DNA of 63,248 nt, counting the filler, from Pelomyxa schiedti (lineage: Eukaryota; Protista; Evosea): NCBI GenBank assembly GCA_020536535.1. It is 10 parts of 10 records of this genome, joined end to end, with 100 filler letters (N's around TTAATTAATTAA, not from the genome) between each part and the next. Parts side by side here need not be neighbours in the genome. Positions count along the whole stretch, not along the records: positions 19,893 to 27,076 come from JAHLWZ010001373.1; positions 27,177 to 47,265 come from JAHLWZ010001096.1; 8 more parts are not named here. The stretch is one strand, 5' to 3'. A model generated the notes under the pieces. It searched no databases, was not told where the DNA came from, and saw only the letters and a program-made list of their open reading frames with translations. Shown piece by piece: positions 22,635-36,357 of this stretch (its first letter is position 1; each line of letters begins with the position of its first letter). A program made the translations under genes and the position numbers.

Positions 22635-24002
22635 TTAGAGACGAAAAGAGAAATGATGAACAACTTGTTGGAGGCACCTCGAAAAATGGAGTGTGAGAAC
22701 GTGGGCACCAGTGGATTCCTCAGTCACACACAGATGTTGGCCGTTGGAACTCGTTTGGAACAGCAGACCACCATCAACAAAAGCAGGCCTTGTTGTGTCC
22801 GCACTGTTGAGTTCCTCTGTCCTCAGAGGCTTGACTGGGTCATTGATATCCCACACATCGTAGTGTGCACCGTGGAGAACACAGAACTGTGACTGGTTAA
22901 GCTGTGACAGATCCCCATTGTGTGCCTCCTCTTGAATGAGACTCACTGTGCCGGTTCCTTCTGCAATCCCAGTGACAGGAAAGGTGTCAGTATATGAGCA
23001 AGGAAGAAATACGTTGGAACCATCGTGCTTTGTCATGATCAGGTGGGTGTTCAGAGGGGAAACAAGTGAACCCAGCCTCATGTCTGGTCCATTGAAATTT
23101 CGTTCTCCCACCTTTGGCCTTGTTGAACTTAACACCACCAGTTGGTTTCTGTCTCGAGATTGAAAGAGGTCCACCAAGATGAGTGCGCAAAATCTTGATC
23201 TGAAATCACGGCAAGACAACAACACGTGATCTTCAGTGTGCCTGCAGAAGGACAACGTGCATATCCTGCATCTATTTTCAACGATGGAACCAAACCCCAC
23301 ACGAGTGGCTGTTGGCATGAGTGTTGCTACTCCATCAAGATTCCACCTGGGTATCTCGACAAGAACCAGCTCTTTTTTGAAGGCATCACAGTGGACAAAC
23401 CACTTCCCGTTGGTTCTGCTGTCCCCAAAGGAACTGTTTGGGAAGTGTTTGGCCCGCTGGACCAGTGGAAATGCGCCATCCAGTTTCTTTCTGTTTCCAG
23501 TCACTGTATCTTGCAAGTGGTACTCCATCCTTCTTCTCAGAACAAAGTACCGCTGGTTTGCGCCCAGAAGCTTCTCACCCTCTCTCTGAAACCACCACCT
23601 CATTTCATGTGTCAGTGTCATCAGCACATCGGACACCCCAAACGTGATCATCACCACAATGTAGCGAAGGAGGGTTTTGGGTAAAGGGGCAATAGACAAC
23701 TTGAGACAGAAGAACCTGGAGTGTGACATGAGCCAAATCCACAGCAACCTCACCACAAGCGTCCCATAATCACCACCACCACCACCAACAACAGACACCG
23801 ACGAAAACGCGCAGCCAACGGCGCCGCCGCACCGAGGGTGCGTCCCCATCGCCAATCCCATAAGTTGGTCCCTCATCGTGACCAATTCTCTTGGCGTTGA
23901 TGACGAAGAAGCGATTTTATTGGCCATCATCGCCACCACCATTTTCCCAATACGGCGGTGGTTCAGCGTCGACCCATTTTGACCATCGTGTGGGGTAATC
24001 AT
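22635..24002 (-). CDS. Superfamily member (subfamily B), intronless, 455 aa
   Basis: Same motifs as 20101..21507. Confidence 0.85.
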   Translation of the reverse strand: MITPHDGQNGSTLNHRRIGKMVVAMMANKIASSSSTPRELVTMRDQLMGLAMGTHPRCGGAVGCAFSSVSVVGGGGGDYGTLVVRLLWIWLMSHSRFFCLKLSIAPLPKTLLRYIVVMITFGVSDVLMTLTHEMRWWFQREGEKLLGANQRYFVLRRRMEYHLQDTVTGNRKKLDGAFPLVQRAKHFPNSSFGDSRTNGKWFVHCDAFKKELVLVEIPRWNLDGVATLMPTATRVGFGSIVENRCRICTLSFCRHTEDHVLLSCRDFRSRFCALILVDLFQSRDRNQLVVLSSTRPKVGERNFNGPDMRLGSLVSPLNTHLIMTKHDGSNVFLPCSYTDTFPVTGIAEGTGTVSLIQEEAHNGDLSQLNQSQFCVLHGAHYDVWDINDPVKPLRTEELNSADTTRPAFVDGGLLFQTSSNGQHLCVTEESTGAHVLTLHFSRCLQQVVHHFSFRL

Positions 24003-24134
24003 TGATTGTCTCTATTTTCCAGGAAACGTACAGCACTTGTGATGGGCCTGGCTAGCCCCACTGAGTCGAATTGGAAAATTTGCACGTCAAAGGCAAATAC
24101 CCATCAACTGAACATGGGAAAAAAGGGAGTGCAA

Positions 24135-25455
24135 TTAATGTGTCCATTGAAAAGAGAAATGATTGAAGACCAATCTGAAGGGCCTGAAAAATCCCAAGGT
24201 GATTATGGGAGTTCCAGTGGCTTCCTCTGTAATGTGCATTTGCTTGAAGTCTTTACTCATCTGGAACAGGAGGCCACCTTCAACAAATCCTCTTTTAGTT
24301 GTGCAACTGCGATGACAGACACCTGACCTCACTGGCTTTGAGGTGTCATTTACATCCCAAACATCATAGCATCCATCATGGTCTTTGGTGAAATTACAGA
24401 ACTGTGACCTGTTCAGCTGTGACAGGTTTCCACTGTGATGGTCGTCAATTGAATGCATTGTGACAGATCCTTCCTCAATTGTGGTGATAGGGCACACAGG
24501 AAGTGAAGGAACAAATGTGTTCACTCCATTTTTCTTGGTGAGGATCAACTGGTTGTCCAGGGAAGAGCAAATCAAAGAAGTTCCCCAAAGCAAGGATTCC
24601 TGGCCATCAAACTGTGGAATTGTTGAACTTAATACCACCACTTTTTTGGTTGCTCTGGTTTGAATGAGGTCAATGAGGAGCAACAGGCAAAATGTTGAGT
24701 GGCCATCAGAGGAATCACGGCATGAAAGCAACACACAGTCTTCAGAGTGAGGGCAAAAGGAAATCTGGCACTGAGTGAATCTGTGTGTGATAATTGAACC
24801 AAGGTGAACAACAGTCAGGACTCTTGGCATTGTTGGTTCCCCAACAGGTGACTTCGTCTTGGGTATCTCCACAATAGAAAGCCTCTTTGAAATCGTCTTG
24901 AAGTGCACAAACCACTTGCCATTTGTTCCGCTGTCACAATAATACCACTGTCTTTTATGCATAACACGGATAGGCAGCGAGTCACCCACCAGAGGTTCCC
25001 TGTACCCAGTCACTGTATCTTGCAGCCAGAAGTGAGAGCCCTTCCGGCTCCTCACCACCAGGAACCTCTGGTTGGCGCCCACAAATGCCTCGCCGCTTCT
25101 TTGCACCCACCACCTCACCTCGTGTGTCAATGTCATCAGCACATCAGACACCCCAAACGTGATCATAATAACGAACCATTCTGTGGTGCAAAATATGATC
25201 CAGTGGAACCTCGAGTGGGACATGAGCCACCACCACACCAACATCACTGCCAGCGTCCCATAATCACCGCCAACACCACCAGGCACCGACGGACGATGTT
25301 GATGACAACGCACAACCGCCGCCACCGCATCGGGGGTGTGTTCCCATCACCAGGGCCATCACTTGGTCCCTCATTGTGGGACTTGGGAGCGGAGTGTTGT
25401 TTGTTGGCGAGGTTGTTGGGACAACCCTGACGATTTTGCCAATGTGGGCCTTCAT
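24135..25455 (-). pseudogene. Subfamily B member, frameshifted by a 4-nt duplication (GACG, 25288-25295)
   Basis: N-terminus MKAHIGK..MRDQVMALVMGTHPRCG is in a different frame from the body; the paralog at ~26715 lacks the duplication. Confidence 0.8.
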
Positions 25456-25554
25456 TATTGAAAATCAGAAATCAGAAATTAGTGATAGTGTTGGGATAGA
25501 TGATGAAAAAGGTTTTGTTGGGAGCAAAAAAAGAGTGCAATCAATCGTTCTTAC

Positions 25555-26882
25555 TCATTCGTTCATCATAAAAGAGAAATGAATGTAGACCAATCTGAAG
25601 GGCCTGAAAAATCTCAAGGTAAAGACAGGGGTGCCAGTGGATTCCTGTGTAATGTACATTTGGGTGAAGTCATAACTCATCTGGAACAGGAGACCCCTTC
25701 AACGAACGCTTTTTTGGAGGTGCAACCGCCATGACAGACCCCTGACCTCACTGGCTTTGAGGTGTCATTTACATCCCACACATCGTAGCATCCATCATGG
25801 TCTTTGGTGAAATTACAGAACTGTGACCTGTTCAGCTGTGACAGGTTTCCACTGTGATGGTCGTCAATTGAATGCATCGTGACAGATCCTTCTTCAATTG
25901 CGGTGATAGGGCATGGGACAGCCAGTGAAGGAACAGGCACAAATGTGTTCACTCCATTTTTCTTGGTGAGGATCAACTGGTTGTCCAGGGAAGAGCAAAC
26001 CAAAGAAGTTCCCCAAAGCAAGTATTCCTGTCCATCAAACTGTGGAATTGTTGAACTTACTACAACACCTTTTTTAGCTGCTTTGGTTTGAATGAGATCC
26101 ACGAGGAGCAACAGGCAAAATGTTGAGTTCTTATCAGAGGAGTCACGGCATAAAAGCAACACGTGGTCTTCAGAGTGAGGGCAAAAGGAAATCTGGCACT
26201 GGGTGCATCTGTGTGTGATAATTGAACCAAGGTGAACAACAGTCAGGACTCTTGGCATTGTTGGTTCCCCAACAGGTGACTTCGTCTTGGGTATCTCCAC
26301 AATAGAAAGCCTCTTTGAAATCGTCTTGAAGTGCACAAACCACTTGCCATTTGTTCCGCTGTCACAATAATACCACTGTCTTTTATGCATAACACGGATA
26401 GGCAGCGAGTCACCCACCAGAGGTTCCCTGTACCCAGTCACTGTATCTTGCAGCCAGAAGTGAGAGCCCTTCCGGCTCCTCACCACCAGGAACCTCTGGT
26501 TGGCGCCCACAAATGCCTCGCCGCTTCTTTGCACCCACCACCTCACCTCGTGTGTCAATGTCATCAGCACATCAGACACCCCAAACGTGATCATAATAAC
26601 GAACCAGTGCGTGTCACTAAATATGACGCAGTAGAACCGTGAGTGCGACATGAGCCACCACCACACCAGCCTCACTGCCAGCGTCCCATAATCACCGCCA
26701 ACACCACCAGGCACCGACGATGTTGATGACAACGCACAACCGCCGCCACCGCATCGGGGGTGTGTTCCCATCACCAGGGCCATCGCTTGGTCCCTCATTG
26801 TGGGACTTGGGAGCGGAGTGTTGTTTGTCGGCGAGGTTGTTGGGACAACCGCGACGATTTTGCCAAAGTGGGCCATCATCAT
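25555..26882 (-). pseudogene. Subfamily B member with a 1-nt deletion in a G-run near 25695
   Basis: FVEG(G)LLFQ becomes FVEGVSCSR*; the alternate frame continues LLFQMSYDFTQMYITQESTGTPVFTLRFFRPFRLVYIHFSFMMNE*. Confidence 0.8.
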
Positions 26883-27176
26883 TTCTTTGATTTTGAAATC
26901 AAAGAAATTTGCAAGTGATTGGCACTCATCAAATGAGTTGGGTGTATGGGCCCACACACCGTCATTTGACAGAATGTGCAGTTTCGTTTATGAGTGGGTG
27001 GCACACGAGGGCGGGAGTTAACAGCGTGATGTCCACTCTCAATGTCCCTCACTCCATCGGCGTGTCAATCGTGCACNNNNNNNNNNNNNNNNNNNNNNNN
27101 NNNNNNNNNNNNNNNNNNNNTTAATTAATTAANNNNNNNNNNNNNNNNNNNNNNNNNNNNNNNNNNNNNNNNNNNN

Positions 27177-27289
27177 ATGAGTTCCTGAGCAAGGCCAGTT
27201 GTTCGCAGTCACTGGCTCCTGTTGTGGAAATGGCCATCAGGCTCAACAACACAGTACCTCCACCATCACACTCTCCCGAAATGAGTTGA
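27177..27289 (+). CDS. C-terminal end of a PAK-like kinase paralog (5'-partial)
   Basis: EFLSKASCSQSLAPVVEMAIRLNN, nucleotide-identical over ~70 nt to 28778..28848. Confidence 0.8.
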
Positions 27290-27364
27290 GTGATCCTCCA
27301 GCATCCACTTTTTCTTTTCAAAGAACCATCCATCGGTTGTTGTTTCGTTTTTGTTGGTGTGACG

Positions 27365-28890
27365 ATGAGTCGCCGGCGTTTAACGTGCAGTCGGTGTGGC
27401 TCATGTGCCGATCACCAGGCAATGCGAGTTGATGATGATGTGATAACACAGATCCAGAAGAACGTGCGTGACGTGGCCGACGATGCCAAATGCTGTGAGA
27501 CGAGGAGGCCCGAGCACCACCATGACCACCACCACGGCCAGGGGCAGCAGCAGGGGAGCGGGGGCAGGGTGAAGACTATGATAAGGCCCATCAGGGGGTG
27601 CCCTCACATTGTAACGCCATTGTCATTCTATGGGGTTTCGGGTTTGGGTTTGGGGGATTGAGTTTGGGGAGTGTGATGACGTGTGTGCGCCAACTGCCAA
27701 ATTCTCTCTTTTTTTTTTTGACTGTGTAAAGGCCTATGATGAGGAACAGGAAGAGGCAGTCGACGGCCACGAGTGCGCTGTGTTTCATTGTATTCACAAG
27801 GAGTCACGGCGACACGTTGCTGTGTGGGAAATACCAGAACCAGACGACAAAATCAATTCAAAGATTGGTGCAATGATTGCACGCAGGCACCCGAACATTG
27901 TGGAGTTCATTGAGAGCTACATGGTTGATAACTGTCTGTGGATTGTCACCGAAGTTATTGTTTTCATTCCTTCTGAGTCATTGACATATTTCTTTTCCAA
28001 GTTCATGTCTGGAGGATGCCTAACCGATGTGGTTTCTCATTTCCCCGAATTGAAGCTCACAGAACATCAAATTTCGTATGTATGCAGGCTGTGTCACAAA
28101 AAGAAACGAATGAGTTAACACACTCCTCTTCACAAGATAATTCTTTGTGTCATGAAATCCCTTGCACACATTCATGCTTTGAATTACATTCACAGGTATT
28201 TCCCGTTATTTCTCTTTTTGGTTTCTAAATAACAAAAAGAGATATCACGAGCTACCATATTCTACTGTCCCTGGATGGTGCTGTCAAGCTTGCCGATTTT
28301 GGTAAACTTCCTTTCTAAATACTTTTTCACGCAACAATTCTTTCCTGTAGCATATACAAGAAGCCTGATTCGACCTTGTTCAGTCATTGGAATTCCGTGA
28401 GTGAAAACGCAATACACACTCTCACATTCAGAATAATTGAATGAGCGTGGCTCTAACCTACCAAAAGGTACTACTTGAGCGTCGAATATATCAAGTGCCT
28501 CTTCCGCCGGCTCCCCACTATCTAAACATAGAATGCAGGTCCCAAGTATACACTGCAACCACTGACGTGTGGAGCACCGGGATTCTGTGCATGGAGATGG
28601 TGGAAGGGAAGGTGCCATATCAGGAGCTCCACCCAATGAGGGCACTGTTCCTCATCCCCACGAAGGGCATTCCACCACTCAAGAACCCAGAGCAGGTGTC
28701 ACCTCAACTCGCGTCATTCATCAGTGAGTGCCTCAAGCCCGCTGGGACCAGGCCATCCTCAGCCGAAATGCTCACACATGAGTTCCTGAGCAAGGCCAGT
28801 TGTTCGCAGTCACTGGCTCCTGTTGTGGAAATGGCCATCAGGCTCAACGCCAAAATACCTCCATCGCCCTCTGAATCCCCATTTGATTGA
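27365..28890 (+). CDS. STE20/PAK-like pseudokinase, about 7 introns
   Basis: Spliced: HVAVWEI, HPNIVEFIESY, LWIVTE-FMSGGCLTD, IHRDITSYHILL, VKLADFA, GIPYYLSVEYIK, DVWSTGILCMEMVEGKVPY..PMRALFLI. Confidence 0.8.
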
Positions 28891-28906
28891 GGCACAACAA
28901 AAAACA

Positions 28907-28988
28907 TGCGCCGGCTGGGATTCGAACCCAGGCTCCAAAGGAAATGCATCTTGAGTGCACCGCGTTAGACCAACTCCGCCACCGACGC
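28907..28988 (-). tRNA. tRNA-Leu(CAA), type II variable arm, no intron
   Basis: Acceptor stem GCGTCGG/CCGGCGC+A; D-arm GCGGAGTTGGTCTAACGC; anticodon arm GTGCA-CTCAAGA-TGCAT; T loop GGTTCGAATCC; T6 Pol III terminator just downstream. Confidence 0.95.
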
Positions 28989-29097
28989 TCCACACTTTCC
29001 TCCCACTCCTTCGCTGTACGCAAGCCAAAAAATAGAAAAATATTTTTTTTCGTCTTGTTTTTCGAGAGAAAAACAAACACACCGGCTTCGGAGGAGG

Positions 29098-30424
<1,327 letters not shown>

Positions 30425-30538
30425 CACCAAACAAGTACAAAAATAAGAAGGTATCCATCCCACATCTAAATGTAAACTTACATAATAGCAGAAAATTTGG
30501 AATGATTTTTCTTTTTTTACTATGGCCGCACACTGGAC

Positions 30539-31088
30539 TCAACTCACAACAACTGTGACAGTGAAGACTTTAGAAGCAGGGTGGTGTTCCCATGACCTCT
30601 TGTATCCAAGCCTCACCTGAGTTGTTCCCGGTGTCAATGGCCTCAGTTTTATCACAGCAATGCCCCCTTTTGAATAAAACCAAAATTAACAGTGAGTTAA
30701 TGCTAATGTTGTCTCCAAATTACTTGCAATAATAACTACTAATAGAGATGTAGTAACAGACACGGAAAAGCAACATACCAGCACCACATAGCGTGCGAGG
30801 GGGTGGTTCAAACTCATTAGTGAGCTCCAAAATGGCAGCGTCACACTGCTCTACAGCCCAGTTGAACCTTAGTAACCAGTTATTAATAACTTCAAGTGGT
30901 GGTTTGCTTGTTGGCTACTATCATGTTTGATTTTTTTTTAACAAACAACAACAAGCCAGGGGCAAAACTATGGCTCACCCGGTTGTGGGATTGGCGGGCA
31001 GCCTGATGACGGCGACATTATGGGACGCTATGGACAGCGTAACAGTTGTGCCGTTGTCACCCTCCCCTACAATCGTTTCACTTGCCAT
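30539..31088 (-). CDS. Chagasin/ICP family (MEROPS I42) cysteine peptidase inhibitor, 108 aa; exons 31088..30979, 30867..30779, 30666..30539
   Basis: Spliced: MASETIVGEGDNGTTVTL..LPANPTTGFNW..LCGAGGIAV..PGTTQVRLGYKRSWE..FTVTVVVS*. All three I42 loops present (NPTTGxxW, GAGG, RxW); exons total 327 nt. Confidence 0.9.
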
Positions 31089-31295
31089 TCCAAACGACAC
31101 TCTTTTGATCAAAAAACAACGGCACTGCAGTCTCCGTACAGGAGCAAGATGATCGTGGCGAAAGTACACTGGGGAGGGTTCGGGAACAGAATTACATGAT
31201 AGCTCTCAGTTTACACAGTGGTTGAATGCTCATCACTCTGAGAATTGATTATGCACATCTGAAATGGTTACGGTAAAACACTGTGCCGGTTCGGA

Positions 31296-34200
31296 ATGAC
31301 AGGCGTTGTCAACGTGGCGGGGATTGTGTGGTGGTTGCTGGTTATGGGAGTGGTGCAATGTGGGAAGTCCTATGGTGATGGTTCAGTTGTTGCTGGTAAT
31401 GCTAGATTCAGTGCTTACACGTCACGTCTCGTGAGAATGGAGTGGTCTGCAACTGCACAATTTGACGGTGTGTCTTGTGTGGTGTTAGACATTGCTTAAA
31501 ATCTCCCAACATGTTAAACAGATAGGCCAACTGTTACGTTTATAAACAGAGACGTTGGACCTCCTAGCGATTTGCAGTGGCACATTTCTGATTCTGTCCT
31601 ATACCTTTCAACATCTTATGTTCTTTTCTACTAGTGTTTCACTGGGAAACTGAAAAACCTTCAGATTAAACTCATATACCATATGAACAACACTGCACCT
31701 TTTACTGCAGAATCCCTGCAGGTGGTTATTTCTTACGACAGGTTTCTTTTTCGCCCTTTTTCCAGCCGTAACACAAAAAAAAGTAAAACTGAGACTTGGG
31801 TTCCAGGGAAAAAAGACAAAGAAAACTTAAAAGGCTCTGTGGTAACTATTTCTCCCTAATTATTTCTCTTATATATCTGTAGATGACCATGGATTGTTAC
31901 GAAGTATTTTCCCAAATAAATTGGTTGTGAGCAATTCTTCATGTCTCATCGCGTGCAGGCCAACCCTGATGATTGTATATTTATCTATTATTCCCGTTTA
32001 CAACCTGGTCTCCTCAGTACAGCTGGTTCCATCAATTCCCTTATCTTATTACACGCTTATTCCTTTTCTTAGGGTGGGTTATCGTAGACGATTCAACAGA
32101 TGCAGCTCTTACTGGCCCCTCCGACTGGCCATGGAGAGTGGAACGCCCAGAAACTGATTCTTACACAGACTGGTATATGTTTGGGCACGGGCATGACTAT
32201 AAGCAGGCGCTGCTTGATTTTACTCTGGTTGCCGGGAAAGTTGGATTCTTACCTGCGCATGCACAAGGCATATGGTGGAGCCGGTGGCATGCCGTGAGAC
32301 CACCTTCCTTCTCTTTAAAGTTCTTTCTGAGTCACAGTTAGTATGATGAAGAGGAAGTTAAAGAATTGGTACAGGATTACCAAGATCACGATTTACCACT
32401 TCATGTGTTTGTATTGGATATGGACTGGTAACATTGATTACATTTCCTTTTTTTTTTTGTGATTGTACACAGGCACATCGAGCCTACTGATATAGGATGT
32501 AAGCCGTGGGGTGGATATACATGGAACACAACACTTTTCCCGGACCCAGATGAATTCCAAGGTAGCTCTCAGATTTAGATTTTCTGGCTGTTCTTTCCTG
32601 ATGTTAACCTATTTGATAAATAGATTGGACAGGACAACAACCTTACCCAGATCTCAAGTTGGTGTTAAACGTGCATGATCAGGTTACATGATGTACTTAC
32701 TGCTGCAAATACTCCTAATACCGGTGTTTCCAGGAAGGAGTAAACCGCTGCCAAGAAATGTTTGAGGAGGTACAGCAGGCAATGGGTGCATCCGGATTCG
32801 TACCTTGCAATTTTCAAAACGAAACCTTTACTGACAGTGAGTATTGAGACAAAATTTCAACTTTTAATAATGACTTAGCTATGTACTCATACTGCTATGG
32901 TGAAAGCCCGGGAGTTGATTATTGGTATTACAGAATTTTTTCCTAGACATCTTTACAAAAAAGGAAGGTGGACAGACTACTGTCAATTTGATAAGAATAA
33001 CCGAGGAGATTACCACTGTTTGCACGACACAGGCGATTCGCCGCTGTTATGGTCAAATTACGTCCATGTGGAGTACATAAATAAGAAATTGGGCAAGCGC
33101 GGCTTGGCTCTTGCCCCTTACGGCGGGTTAGGGAATCACAGATACCCACAGGTAATTGGTCTCTTAGATATCCAGTATTCATCGGTCTTAGACAGGATCA
33201 GGCGATACAAACTCCATTTGGTATTGTTTAAGGACTTACCTTACATTTAGTGGGTTAATTTTTCATGACTAGGGGAGTTCTCGCTTTTGAAATCTTTCAA
33301 ACTTTGACTGCTGCAAACGTTCTCACCGGTTGGACAAGTGACCTAGGAGGTTTTTATGGTGAAGGGGTATCCCAGTGGGAGATTTACCTACGTTGGGTGC
33401 AATGGGGAGGTCTGTATAGCTTCTCTCTTCATTAGTAACAACAGGACAGTTTACTCACCATCATTCCGCACTCATTGCTGTGGATGTGAACGGGAGATCT
33501 GGTTGTACCCCAACTATGATCTGTTTCAGGCATCTTTCCAGCTGAGATCGGCACTTTTCCCGTATATTTACTCAGAAGCTTGGCAAACTCTGACCACAGG
33601 TTTATTTTCACTCAGTTCTTTCTTACACCGGTTCAAGGGGTTATCAACCAACACCCACTCTACTATGATTGGCCAGAAAATACAGAGAGCTATACAGAAC
33701 ACCAGCAGTACCTGTTTGGGAGCGTTTTCATGGTGCACCCTATTTACACGCCTGCGGATCCTCTCACAAATTTGACAATTCCGCGTGACACTTGGATTCC
33801 TCCCGGAGATGTAGTTACGAAGTCCACCATCCTTTTCTTCTAATCAAAATTATGATAGTGGGTGGAATGGTCAACAGGAGAACTTTTCACCGGGCCAATG
33901 TGGCGCACACAACTGGCCTACACATTTGCTGATGTTCCTGTTTACGCTAGAGCTGGCTCCATTGTACCAATGCGCAGCCTTGAAGAGAGCCATGCCGTGG
34001 CACCCCAGAACCTCATTTTACACATAGTCCCGGGCCAATCCGGTTCTTTCCAAGTAATCATTCCTACTTGCACGGCATCCACGTTGTTAACCCCACAAAC
34101 AGATATTCGAGGATGATGGAGATACCTGGGCGTTCCAGAACAGCGGAGAATTCTATCTGTGCAATGTTTCGCAATCAACAACAGCCACGGCAACAACAGT

Positions 34201-34432
34201 GACAATATCACCATGCTCAGATGGGAATGGGTTTTCCGGACAGCCATCATCCAGAACCTACACAATAAACCTGAGAGGATCCACTTCACTTCCGCAAGAT
34301 GCGGAGTGCAACGGAATGGCACCGCACTCTGTCACACTCATAACAGAACCACCCAGGGACATCAGCATTCTTCAGATAGAGTGCGGTACCTATGACTACT
34401 GTGCAAGTGTGAGCCTTGTTGTTACGTGGTAG
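31296..34432 (+). CDS. Secreted glycoside hydrolase family 31 (GH31_u1-like alpha-glucosidase), many short introns
   Basis: Signal-peptide-like N-terminus; ARFSAYTSRLVRMEWS, DWYMFGHGHDYKQAL, GIWWSRW, LPLHVFVLDMDWH, WGGYTWN..FPDP, WTDY, YGGLGNHRYP, SGDT, SDLGGF, YLRWVQWG, WIPPG. Confidence 0.9.
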
Positions 34433-34527
34433 ATATCCACACTTTCTGCAAAGATAAATAGAACATTTTCTTTCATAGTCTTTTAAGTACTTCAGGTTGT
34501 TAGTGAACGGGCAACGGCAGGAATTTT

Positions 34528-35898
34528 TTAGTGTGAGTCTGATGGTGGTGGTACTGTGTTGAGCCTGATGGCCATTTCCACAACGGGAGCGAGGGACTGT
34601 GCACAACTGGCCTTGCTCAGGAACTCATGCGAGAGCATTTCAGCTGATGATGGCCTCGTCTCAGCCGGCTGGAGACAAGTGCTTATGAAGGACGTGAACT
34701 GTGGGGACCACTGTTCAGCATTTCGGAGTGGAGGCATGGGTCTAGTTGAAATGTAGAACAGCGCGCGGAGCGGCGGGCAGTCGTTGTAAGGCGGAACACC
34801 TTCGGCCATCTCCATGCACAAAATCCCAGCGCTCCATACATCTGCTGTTCCAGAGTATGTTTGACCCCTTGTGGAGGAGTTCGATGGATAGGTAATAAAT
34901 ACGAAAAGGCAAAAAAAACCGGATAACTTCGGGACTCATCCAGTAACTATAAGGTAATTAGTTGTAATTCTTTACTGAGAATTATTGACACACGGGGTTC
35001 CGACTACTGTGCCATCTGGGGTTCTCAACAGGCCACAAGTAACATCTTCAAGCGTTTGATTAACACTACTGTTTAAAAAGGAGTTTACATGAATTAGCTA
35101 GTTTCACCGAGCCATCCAAAGAAAGTAGAACAGCGGTGCTCCGCAGGTCTCTTTTTTTTTTCTCAAAACTCTTTTGAGCCCAAGAGATTATGACCTGTGA
35201 ATGAGTTTCAGGCTATGAATATGTACAAGTGCTTTCATTGTACAAAGTATGATCTACAAAGCTTTAAGATGGCACTAGTAAAATTTAGTGTGTGGTACAT
35301 AGGCAATTTGGTGTTCTGTGAGCTTCAGTTCGGGGAAATGAGAAACCACATCGGTTAGGCATCCTCCAGACATGAACTTGGGAAAGAAATATGTCAACGT
35401 TAAAGAATGAAAGAGAACAATAACCTCGGTCACAATCCACAAGCAATCTCCCACCACATAGCTCTCAATGAATTCTGGGATGCTTGAGTGCCTAAGAGCT
35501 ATTAAAGTGGAAATTGCCCGATTCACGGTTTGTCTATCCTTTCGTGAAATGTAGGGTATTTTTTGGACGGCAACTGGCATATGTGTTTCCTTGTGGAAAC
35601 ACAAAACCGTTTCACAACGCCACCCTTCAGAAGAAAGCTGTTTTGATTCTATGTACACCTTGAGAGTAGTGAAAAGAGGGATGGCTCGGAGGAGGAACCC
35701 TAACCTCCAGAGGATCACCTCTTAGAGGTTCAGTTGCGAAGTAGATGCCCCAAACTTCTGGCAGCCCAACAAAGCCAGTGTCAGAATTGAACTCCACATG
35801 AACATTGTGACGAACGCAGTGGGGTTCTCCCACAGTGTGTGTCTTCTTTAACCTAACTCAAGTTTGAACAACAACCGAGCATAGACGATGGAATACAT
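34528..35898 (-). CDS. PAK-like pseudokinase with CRIB domain, multi-exon; start codon uncertain
   Basis: CRIB: VGEPHCVRHNVHVEFNSDTGFVGLPEVW. Kinase: RGDPLE-VY, VAVQKI, IHRDLRSTAVLL, VKLANSY, VGTPYWMSPEVIRG, ADVWSAGI, PPLRALFYI. Confidence 0.85.
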
Positions 35899-36357
35899 AT
35901 GGCAATTTGTTTGGCCGCCAGTACGACAGTAACACGACAAACTGACCACTTTTCCCTTGATATTCGATCACGCAGATCCGCACGTGGACACGAACCACCA
36001 CTGATTGTCGTTTGTTTTTTTAGTGAATTTGCAAGCACAAACTTGACCAATGCAGGCAGGGAAGGGGTGTCACATTTTCGGTGGAACGAACGTCTACGAC
36101 TGAAAGGAAAGATAGATTAGAGATCACGCGATCTTGATCATCAAACCCCTTCTAAGTTCTAATCCACACTTAGCAACAGACCAATTGGTCCAGGAGACGC
36201 ACCGCAGGTTTTATTTTTAGTTTTTATTTCGCCCTAAGTCACACTCCGGAGACTGAGTCCAAGTCCCCCAAACGCCAAATACCCATCGATCGTTCGCCCC
36301 TCGACGACAAACACCACAAAACACACCCACAAGCGAAGCCCAAATTTCGTCGGCCTC

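Noticed and set aside
28430-28470. In-frame TGA suggesting a kinase pseudogene or stop recoding
   Set aside because: It lies in an intron; splicing to the AAAG acceptor near 28467 gives an open GIP-YYLSVEYIK frame
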